Source: an uncultured Fidelibacterota bacterium
GTDB taxonomy: Bacteria; Fidelibacterota; Marinisomatia; Marinisomatales; UBA1611
Reading direction: 5' to 3'
NCBI GenBank assembly: GCA_913040915.1
Contig: CAJWHW010000023.1
Span: forward strand, 1-35,519
DNA length: 35,519 nucleotides
In this document: piece after piece, positions 28,599-35,519 of the stretch
Layout of the letters: each line of letters starts with the position of its first letter
How positions within the stretch are numbered: position 1 is the stretch's first letter
Translations under genes and position numbers: made by a program
Notes under the pieces: generated by a model
Told to the model about the DNA's origin: nothing
The model's input: only the letters and a program-made list of their open reading frames with translations
Databases searched by the model: none

Positions 28599-31583
28599 AT
28601 GTTTAAAAACGATGAAAGATACTGGGACATTAACCTCTTAAATAAGTGGTTTGCCATATCATCAATTATTTTCCTTGCCTGTACCATATGGATTTTTGTT
28701 GATGATAATGATGATGAGTTTAAAGACTATCAGCGTGAGTTTCGTAAAATGCAAATTGAAGTCTCTCAACAAAAGCTTAAACAGGAAGCAGCTGAAGTTC
28801 AAAAAGACAAGTCCGTATACGAAGATGCATTAGCTTCTGCACAAAGAGAATTTGATTCTCGAAGTATTGAATTGGAAGATCTTGAGAGAGAACTGACCTT
28901 ACAAGAAAATATGCACTATAATCAGAATATGGAATACCAAAGCCATAAAGCAAATGTCGATGCGCTGAAGTACCTAGTTGAAGCTGAAAATACACATGAG
29001 AGTCATGGGCATTCCCACAAAGATGAGTACGCTGCTGCTTTAGATAAACTTGATCTACTACGGCTTAATAAAGAATCGACAGAAATTGAAATGTCATCGC
29101 TGAGAAAAAAAATAAAGAGTATTGAATTAATAGTAAAGAAAAGGCAAGATGAGCTTGATAAATATTTGAGAGAATATACCCTCACTGAAAACAAACTATC
29201 CATGTTAGACCGTGGCCAAATGACAATGGCGAATAAACTTGGTGATATTGTACGGGATCTTCCTATTCTAGATTTTCTTGATCCTTACTACAAAGTCAAT
29301 CAAATAGTTGTTGCTGATGTCAAGTACGATGTGAATTTTGCTTCTGTTCCAGTTGTTGACAGATGTACAAGTTGCCATTTGGGTATAGATAATCCAGATT
29401 TCGCTGATGCTCCTCAACCATATACAACACATCCTAATCTTGACCTCTACATCACATCTAAATCACCACATCCAATGAATAATTTTGGATGTACCAGTTG
29501 TCATGCCGGTCGTAGTCGTGGGACATCGTTTTTATCATCATCCCATACACCAAATACACCAGATGAAAAGCAACGATGGATTGAAGAACATGATTGGAAA
29601 GTAAATCACCACTGGCTGACACCCATGCTCCCTACTAAATACACGGAAGCAAGTTGTTTTAAATGCCACTCAAATTCAAGTGATCTGGCAGGCGCAGAAA
29701 AACTTAATCTAGGATTATCACTTGTCGATAGAGCTGGTTGCAATGGATGCCATTACAATGCAGACTGGCCCAGCCAAGCTAAATCAGGCCCAAATTTAAA
29801 GAAGATTAATGAAAAGTTGACCAAAGACTGGGTTTCCAAGTGGGTTAAAAACCCTCGTCATTTTAGGTATAACACAAGGATGCCAGCCATTTTTGAACAA
29901 CCTAACCAAGAAAGCCCAGAAATAACAGCGTACAATAATGTCGAAATTGCTGGTATCACTGAATACCTTTTTAGTGGTAAAGAAAGGCCAAAAGAAAGTA
30001 ATAGCAACCGATTCCTTGGAGACGCTGTAAACGGCGAAAAATTATTTAATGCTGTTGGTTGTATGGGATGCCATATTTTTGAAGATAATCCTGAAAATGC
30101 GCCTCATATAAATAATTATCAAAATCTTACAAAAGTTCAAGGACCCAATCTTGTTGGGCTTGGATCAAAGGTTTCTGCAGAATGGCTTTACGAGTGGTTG
30201 ATGGATCCGCAAGCTTATATGCCTGATACTAGAATGCCAAATCTTAGACTTGAACCACAACAGGCAAAAGATATTTCAGCTTATCTATTACAAAATAAAA
30301 ACATTACCTTTGATGAACTTCCAGAACATGATTTTAATAAAGAAGTTCTTGATGAATTAACTGTAAATTGGCTCAAAAAATCGAATCCGGAAAAGTTTGC
30401 TCGAGAAAAAGCTGAAAAATTGGATGAAGAGCAAAAATTGAATTTTATCGGCGAAAAAAGCATACGACATTACGGTTGTTTTGGCTGCCATAATATTAAT
30501 GGATTTGATGATGCTAAGCCTATTGGTGTTGAAATAACAGAAGAAGGCTCCAAACCTGTAGGAAAGTTTGATTTTGGCCTATTTCATGATATTGAACATT
30601 CTGTTCATGCATGGATTGAAAATAAACTCAGGACACCTCGAATCTATGATAGAGGAAAAGAAAGTAAGCACCTTGACCTTTTGAAAATGCCTAATTTTTA
30701 TTTCTCTGAAGAGGAAATAGAAGCCGTAACTACAGCGGTACTATCTTTTAATGCAAATAAGGTTGGAGAAAGCCTTAAAGCCTATAAGATGGCTCCTGAA
30801 ATTTACAAAAAAGGACATCGCCTCGTTAAACAATACAACTGTCAAGGCTGTCACCTTATTGAAAATCGTGGAGGGCAATTGGTCGAGCATATTGGACCGC
30901 CAGAATACGGGCCACCTAACCTTAACTCTCAAGGTCGAAAAGCGAATCCGGATTGGTTGTTAAACTTTTTTAAGAATCCATCAATTATCAGACCAAACCT
31001 GCAAGTAAAAATGCCCAGTTTCCATCAGATATCAGATGAAGATTGGGATGCTATTATAGCTTATTTTCAACATGTGGATGGTGAGCAGATCAACTATAGA
31101 GCTGAACACAAATATGATAAATCAAGCACAGAATTTGCTGCAGGTGAGAAACTTCACGAGTTTGGTGAATGTAATAAATGCCATTTTTATGGAGAAGAAT
31201 TTCCCAGTGGTGAACCAGCTACATGGGCACCAAACCTCTCGTTAACTAAAGAGCGCTTGAATCCTGATTGGGTCAGTGAGTGGCTCAAAAATCCTCAGGT
31301 TATTATGCCAGGGACCAAGATGCCAGCACCTTATCTTCCCGATCAAGAAACTTTGACTACTGATGGAGCGAATGAGACAATGGGAGATGCTCTAGTAAAG
31401 TTAAATGGTGATACTACAGCTATGCTTGATGGATTAAGAGATTATGTATGGGATATTAAAGGTAAAACTAATATTGATAAACTTATAAAAAATTATTTCT
31501 ATGAAAACGGCTATAATTTTAATAATCAAGATGAAGATAACTATGATGATGATGATGACTGGAGCGATGATGATGATTGGTAA
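28599..31583 (+). CDS. Membrane-anchored octaheme cytochrome c
   Basis: Eight CxxCH motifs (CTSCH x2, CFKCH, CNGCH, CMGCH, CFGCH, CQGCH, CNKCH); N-terminal TM + coiled coil; acidic tail. Confidence 0.93.
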   Translation: MFKNDERYWDINLLNKWFAISSIIFLACTIWIFVDDNDDEFKDYQREFRKMQIEVSQQKLKQEAAEVQKDKSVYEDALASAQREFDSRSIELEDLERELTLQENMHYNQNMEYQSHKANVDALKYLVEAENTHESHGHSHKDEYAAALDKLDLLRLNKESTEIEMSSLRKKIKSIELIVKKRQDELDKYLREYTLTENKLSMLDRGQMTMANKLGDIVRDLPILDFLDPYYKVNQIVVADVKYDVNFASVPVVDRCTSCHLGIDNPDFADAPQPYTTHPNLDLYITSKSPHPMNNFGCTSCHAGRSRGTSFLSSSHTPNTPDEKQRWIEEHDWKVNHHWLTPMLPTKYTEASCFKCHSNSSDLAGAEKLNLGLSLVDRAGCNGCHYNADWPSQAKSGPNLKKINEKLTKDWVSKWVKNPRHFRYNTRMPAIFEQPNQESPEITAYNNVEIAGITEYLFSGKERPKESNSNRFLGDAVNGEKLFNAVGCMGCHIFEDNPENAPHINNYQNLTKVQGPNLVGLGSKVSAEWLYEWLMDPQAYMPDTRMPNLRLEPQQAKDISAYLLQNKNITFDELPEHDFNKEVLDELTVNWLKKSNPEKFAREKAEKLDEEQKLNFIGEKSIRHYGCFGCHNINGFDDAKPIGVEITEEGSKPVGKFDFGLFHDIEHSVHAWIENKLRTPRIYDRGKESKHLDLLKMPNFYFSEEEIEAVTTAVLSFNANKVGESLKAYKMAPEIYKKGHRLVKQYNCQGCHLIENRGGQLVEHIGPPEYGPPNLNSQGRKANPDWLLNFFKNPSIIRPNLQVKMPSFHQISDEDWDAIIAYFQHVDGEQINYRAEHKYDKSSTEFAAGEKLHEFGECNKCHFYGEEFPSGEPATWAPNLSLTKERLNPDWVSEWLKNPQVIMPGTKMPAPYLPDQETLTTDGANETMGDALVKLNGDTTAMLDGLRDYVWDIKGKTNIDKLIKNYFYENGYNFNNQDEDNYDDDDDWSDDDDW

Positions 31584-31605
31584 ATAAAACCAACATTAAA
31601 TAATT

Positions 31606-31640
31606 AAAAGCCCCTTCAATAAATTTGTAGGGGCTTTTTT
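31606..31640. terminator. Bidirectional rho-independent terminator
   Basis: aaaagcccct...aggggctttttt inverted repeat with A/T tails between convergent genes. Confidence 0.85.
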
Positions 31641-31659
31641 ATTATCCATTTAGCGAATC

Positions 31660-32505
31660 TTAATCATTCATGAGTAAATCTATTGCATTTTTTACATTAC
31701 CCATTTTCCAGTTATCACCTGGCCAAAAGCCTAATAATTCTCGATTTGGACCTAGTAATATTGAACGTAACGTATGACCAATCTTCCCTTCTTCTATTCC
31801 CCAAAAATCACATCCACTTTGTTTTGCAAATTGATATATATCTTTTACATGACCGCTACTAGACCATACCTGCCAATTTTCAAATTTTGCAATTGTTGGT
31901 CCGTAAAACTCATTCAATATTGATGGAGTATCATATTTATAATCAAAACTAATCATAATAAATTTAATGTCATTATTATTTTTAAAGGTCCTAGCTAAAT
32001 ATTCGTTTTTTATTACTACTGCTGGACACATAGTAGGCATGGGACACCGGGTAAAAATAAAGGAGATAAACTTGTATTTTCCATCTAAATCGGATAATAA
32101 CACTTTTGAACTATCTAATTTCAACAAGGTTACGTCGTCTAATATTTCTCCTATTATTTTTTCACGATATTCTTCATCATCAAAAAAATCATCATTATCT
32201 TCTACTGGGATTACACCTTTACCCACAACTTTGAACTGGCGAGCCCATGTAGATCTATCACCCCAAACAAATTCAAAATGGACGCTGTCTCCTGATAATA
32301 ATCCTTCAATCTCACTCAGATCAATTAAATCAAATTCCATGATCATGGGATACATAAGATCAGGAATCGTATCATGAGCAATAATTATTGTCATGGAATC
32401 TGGATGAATCTCATAGATGGTACCTTTTACAGGATAGGTTTTCTCATTTTCGCTGCAATTAAAAACAGTCAGACTCAGAGCAATAAATGTAATAATATTT
32501 TTCAT
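31660..32505 (-). CDS. CusF-like copper-binding domain + SCO domain, probable lipoprotein
   Basis: MKNIITFIALSLTVFNC signal; AHDTIPDLMYPMIMEF (CusF-like H/M/M); FIFTRCPMPTMCP, SFDYKYDTP and GHTLR. Start moved to 32505 because the longer start lies inside a terminator hairpin. Confidence 0.85.
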   Translation of the reverse strand: MKNIITFIALSLTVFNCSENEKTYPVKGTIYEIHPDSMTIIIAHDTIPDLMYPMIMEFDLIDLSEIEGLLSGDSVHFEFVWGDRSTWARQFKVVGKGVIPVEDNDDFFDDEEYREKIIGEILDDVTLLKLDSSKVLLSDLDGKYKFISFIFTRCPMPTMCPAVVIKNEYLARTFKNNNDIKFIMISFDYKYDTPSILNEFYGPTIAKFENWQVWSSSGHVKDIYQFAKQSGCDFWGIEEGKIGHTLRSILLGPNRELLGFWPGDNWKMGNVKNAIDLLMND

Positions 32506-32514
32506 ATTAAATTT

Positions 32515-32558
32515 TTGAATAAAAAAAGGTGAAGAAACCTCCACCTTTTTTTATTCAA
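32515..32558 (-). terminator. Rho-independent terminator
   Basis: Perfect 17-bp inverted repeat ttgaataaaaaaaggtg / cacctttttttattcaa. On the minus strand it reads GGTGGAG-GTTT-CTTCACC followed by T7. Confidence 0.82.
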
Positions 32559-32571
32559 GTTTTTTAAAAAA

Positions 32572-33282
32572 TTATTTTTTCTTAGGGCGGGTAAAAGTGA
32601 AATCCTGTGTTGTATCACCAGTACCAATCGTGACAGTTGCAGTTAATGGGCTTTTCTTAAATTTTTCCTGCCAGCATACAACTTTATATGTTCCTGCAGG
32701 AATACCATCAATAGAGAAATTTCCATTAGAATCTGTGACTGCGAAATAAGGATGATCACTTACTAAAACCCACGTTTTCATCCAGGGATGAACATCACAT
32801 TTGATGTAAAAAGGATCTGGCTCAGATTTGGGGAATGAAGCTTTTTTCTTTTTTACAACTCTGGGCATGGCAAAATTGAATTCCTTATTAATCTTAGGCA
32901 TTGAGTGAATATTGTGAAGTGTTGCATCGCTATTTTTTATAAGTAATTCCTGTCCCGCAACCATGCCAAAAACATGAGGCTCATATACGCAACCTACCTG
33001 ATCCAAAACTGCAGGATCTTTTGGGACACCACCAGAATAAGGAACATTTAGTAAATATACGAGTGCTTCTGCCATGGAGCCATCATCTGCCATTTTAAAA
33101 CTTTCACTGTATACTGGACCAGAGTGTGATGTGCCACAAACTGGATCAGCATCCATTTTCAAACGTTTTGCTTTTGGAGGTTTACCATCATACTTAACAT
33201 GGCCATTCAATGTCCCAGCATTAACAACTACAATAGCGAATACTGCTAGAATTCCACTTGTGATTACTTTTTTTAGATTCAT
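32572..33282 (-). CDS. Secreted cupredoxin-like protein with a carboxypeptidase-regulatory-like beta-sandwich
   Basis: Signal peptide (..VVNA-G); DPVC; DQVGCVYEPHV; NSDATLHNIH; KCDVHPWM; HPYFAVTD..G.F.I..IPAGTY. Upstream AAGGA SD. Confidence 0.8.
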   Translation of the reverse strand: MNLKKVITSGILAVFAIVVVNAGTLNGHVKYDGKPPKAKRLKMDADPVCGTSHSGPVYSESFKMADDGSMAEALVYLLNVPYSGGVPKDPAVLDQVGCVYEPHVFGMVAGQELLIKNSDATLHNIHSMPKINKEFNFAMPRVVKKKKASFPKSEPDPFYIKCDVHPWMKTWVLVSDHPYFAVTDSNGNFSIDGIPAGTYKVVCWQEKFKKSPLTATVTIGTGDTTQDFTFTRPKKK

Positions 33283-33438
33283 GTTATAATTCCTTTTTTC
33301 ATATAATAAATAGGGATTTCAAATTTACCAGTATTTTTGGTTAAAGATGAATAGAAAATTAGACGCTTGTTATTAGAAAAGTACTCTTGCCCTTTGTATT
33401 TTCTACCCTGAGTTTTATGAAAAAATTATTAGTTTAAT

Positions 33439-33921
33439 ATGTGGATTTTTATGATCACCTGTTATCTACTCATGTTGATTAATTTTATCAATTTATCGTT
33501 AACAGGTTTGAGTGGTTATTTCCATTTCGAAATTATGGGTGCAAACCACTTCAGGTTTGCATTATTTACAATTCTAATCTTTTCAATTACAGAAACTGTG
33601 GTAATGTATTTTTTCATCACCACAGGAAAAGCCATAAAAAGTGCATTAGATTCTGGATTTGGAGACAAATCATTGTGGAAAAGAGAGCGAAAATTAAAAA
33701 TGGTTCTTTTCCCCCAATTAATGTTAACAATATTATTGGTCGGTGGCTGGTTCATTCATATTGGAGCAGTGGAAAATAAGCTTTCACCAAATTGGATTCA
33801 TGCAACCTTATTCATAATAGCCTTCGTCCATCACACCTGGCTATTAAAAATAAAGAATAATGCTTTTAAAGAACAATTATCCATAATCAATGAGCTTGAA
33901 TCTGATGAGGATTTAACCTGA
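33439..33921 (+). CDS. Hypothetical 4-TM membrane protein, His-containing
   Basis: Four hydrophobic segments with His in ANHF, FIHIG, WIHAT and VHHT. Confidence 0.75.
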   Translation: MWIFMITCYLLMLINFINLSLTGLSGYFHFEIMGANHFRFALFTILIFSITETVVMYFFITTGKAIKSALDSGFGDKSLWKRERKLKMVLFPQLMLTILLVGGWFIHIGAVENKLSPNWIHATLFIIAFVHHTWLLKIKNNAFKEQLSIINELESDEDLT

Positions 33922-34079
33922 TGTATTATGCTGCAAAAGGATTAGAACTACTGGGAATCACACTTATTGGGATTGGTTTTTACATAAAATTTCCAAACCT
34001 TATGGATCCTAAACTTTTACTAGCTGGGGTTATCTGTTTTATATCGGGATGGGCTATAGAAAAGTATATTCTTGAATAA
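33921..34079 (+). CDS. Small 2-TM protein (52 aa)
   Basis: Not in the ORF track. TGATG overlap with the upstream gene and a GAGGA SD. Product MYYAAKGLELLGITLIGIGFYIKFPNLMDPKLLLAGVICFISGWAIEKYILE*. Confidence 0.7.
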   Translation: MYYAAKGLELLGITLIGIGFYIKFPNLMDPKLLLAGVICFISGWAIEKYILE

Positions 34080-34141
34080 ATTTATATCCTCTTTATTGGC
34101 TTCCTATGCGTAAATTTGTTATCTAACTTTTACATAGAAAT

Positions 34142-34468
34142 ATGGCAGTTAAATTCAATTATTTTAAAGGAATTCCGGAGCTCCCTGACTATGCCAGAGA
34201 GAAAACCAAACGTCCAAAATTAATTGCTGTTGTCGATGAAGACAACTGCACTGGGTGTCAGGCCTGTGTACCATTCTGCCCAGTAGATTGTATAGAACCT
34301 GTCGCCAAAGATAAATACGATATCCCGATCCCTCCAGTTCAGGTTCGTTTTAACGAATGTACCGGTTGTCAGGTATGTGCACGTGTATGTACTAAAATGA
34401 CATGGGATGCCATTCGGATGCTTGGGACAGAAACTTTTGAAGAAAACTACGATCTTAAAATAGACTAA
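34142..34468 (+). CDS. 2x[4Fe-4S] dicluster ferredoxin
   Basis: CTGCQACVPFCP and CTGCQVCARVC motifs. Confidence 0.9.
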   Translation: MAVKFNYFKGIPELPDYAREKTKRPKLIAVVDEDNCTGCQACVPFCPVDCIEPVAKDKYDIPIPPVQVRFNECTGCQVCARVCTKMTWDAIRMLGTETFEENYDLKID

Positions 34469-34508
34469 ACGTTTTATATCAAATTTTAATTAATATTGGA
34501 GAAATTAA

Positions 34509-35519
34509 GTGAGTAATGATTCTCACCACGAAGAAAATTTTCTACAGAAATATATTTTTTCTGTAGATCATAAAATTATTGGACTTCAATACGGTATAAC
34601 ATCACTACTGTTTTTGTTTTTTGGTTTTTGCTTAATGATGATAATGAGATGGCAACTAGCTTACCCTGAAACAGTTATTCCCTTCATTGGACATCTTTTT
34701 GGAGAATCTGGAATTCTTATGCCGGAGCAATACAACATGCTCGGTGCTATGCACGGTACAATTATGATTTTCTTGGGTGTTGTACCTCTTGCCGTTGGTG
34801 CGTTTGGTAACTATATAGTTCCCTTACAAATTGGTGCACCTGACATGGCATTCCCTAAATTAAATGCTGCAAGTTATTGGTCTTACTTTGTTGGCGGCGT
34901 TGTCATGATGACTAGTTTCATTATGCCGGAAGGTGCTGCAAGATCCGGTTGGACATCCTATCCGCCTCTATCAATTTTTGAAGCAGGTCAAACCATGTGG
35001 CTTGTCGGAATGATTTTTCTAATTACTTCATCCCTACTAGGGTCAATGAATATTATTGTCACAATTGTTCAGTTAAGGGCACCTGGCCTTTCATGGGGTA
35101 AACTACCATTCTTTGTCTGGGCTCAATTTGTTACTTCATTCCTTCTAGTTTTAGCATTTCCACCTTTAGAAGCAGCTGCTGTTCTGCAACTAATGGATCG
35201 TATTGCAAGTACAAGCTTTTTTCTGCCAAGTGGATTAGTCTATAGCGGGGCTACTGTGGATGTATATGGCTCAGGATCACCCCTTCTCTGGCAGCATTTA
35301 TTCTGGTTTCTTGCGCATCCTGAAGTTTACGTATTAATTCTTCCTGCCATGGGGATCGTAGGAGAAGTTCTTGCTAACAATACCCGGAAACCACTTTGGG
35401 GATACAAATCCTTAGTCTATGCAACAATCTTTTTAGGATTTATGTCATTTATTGTTTGGGCACATCATATGTTCTTAACAGGAATGGGACAGGCCATGAG
35501 CGCTTTCTTTCAAACAACA
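34509..35519 (+). CDS. ctaD: Cytochrome c oxidase subunit I, A1-type (5' part; runs off the right edge)
   Basis: GGAG SD and GTG start. Manual translation: MSNDSHHEENFLQKYIFSVDHKIIG..MHGTIM..GAPDMAFPKLN..GWTSYPPL..WQHLFWFLAHPEVY..VWAHHMF. Confidence 0.95.
   Translation, partial: MSNDSHHEENFLQKYIFSVDHKIIGLQYGITSLLFLFFGFCLMMIMRWQLAYPETVIPFIGHLFGESGILMPEQYNMLGAMHGTIMIFLGVVPLAVGAFGNYIVPLQIGAPDMAFPKLNAASYWSYFVGGVVMMTSFIMPEGAARSGWTSYPPLSIFEAGQTMWLVGMIFLITSSLLGSMNIIVTIVQLRAPGLSWGKLPFFVWAQFVTSFLLVLAFPPLEAAAVLQLMDRIASTSFFLPSGLVYSGATVDVYGSGSPLLWQHLFWFLAHPEVYVLILPAMGIVGEVLANNTRKPLWGYKSLVYATIFLGFMSFIVWAHHMFLTGMGQAMSAFFQTT

Noticed and set aside
26078..31583. Alternative complex III or a HAO/nitrite-reductase-type octaheme enzyme
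   Set aside because: Rieske and cytochrome b are present, with no ActB/ActC-like genes. The hemes are mostly in separate His/Met class I domains, with no CxxCK motif.
32506..32544. N-terminal extension of CusF-SCO in the ORF track
   Set aside because: It falls within the terminator hairpin; the signal peptide begins at 32505.
2774..33755. Numerous 60-136 aa ORFs nested in or antisense to long genes (e.g. 4856-5224, 13732-14124, 31967-32377)
   Set aside because: They lie within or across well-supported CDSs and show no family motifs.
1..35519. CRISPR array, tRNA/rRNA, IS/integrase, prophage or defence genes
   Set aside because: Intergenic gaps are short, and I saw no spaced direct repeats, cloverleaf-like sequence or relevant protein motifs. 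A covariance-model search was not possible.

Overview
AT-rich, gene-dense bacterial chromosome segment with no rRNA, tRNA, CRISPR array or mobile element that I can see. Gene content suggests an FCB-group marine bacterium such as Marinimicrobia/SAR406, but this is inference only. There are three blocks. (1) 1-8.7 kb is an amino-sugar/peptidoglycan scavenging locus: two divergent GH3 NagZ-like hydrolases, a ROK kinase, a SpoIID/LytB lytic transglycosylase, a Na+:solute symporter, NagX/HGSNAT and a PqqB-like hydrolase. (2) 8.7-20.3 kb is a mixed block: SDR, BioY, a pterin dehydratase missed by the ORF track that apparently starts at ATA, MATE, SLC13/TrkA-C permease, GAF/HD-GYP, and a 1524-aa acyl-CoA ligase + kinase-like + GNAT fusion. 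(3) 20.3-35.5 kb is a respiratory supercluster: DUF420, CtaB, SCO and CtaA; an SRPBCC-like protein with three ~40-aa repeats; three tandem single-helix microproteins missed by the ORF track; a HEAT protein; Rieske, b6-type cytochrome b, extended subunit IV and a 994-aa octaheme cytochrome c; CusF-SCO, a putative type-1 copper protein, a ferredoxin and the 5' part of an A1-type cytochrome c oxidase subunit I. The best candidates for undescribed biology are the b6f-like complex with its microproteins and octaheme/cupredoxin electron path, and the ligase-pseudokinase-GNAT fusion.
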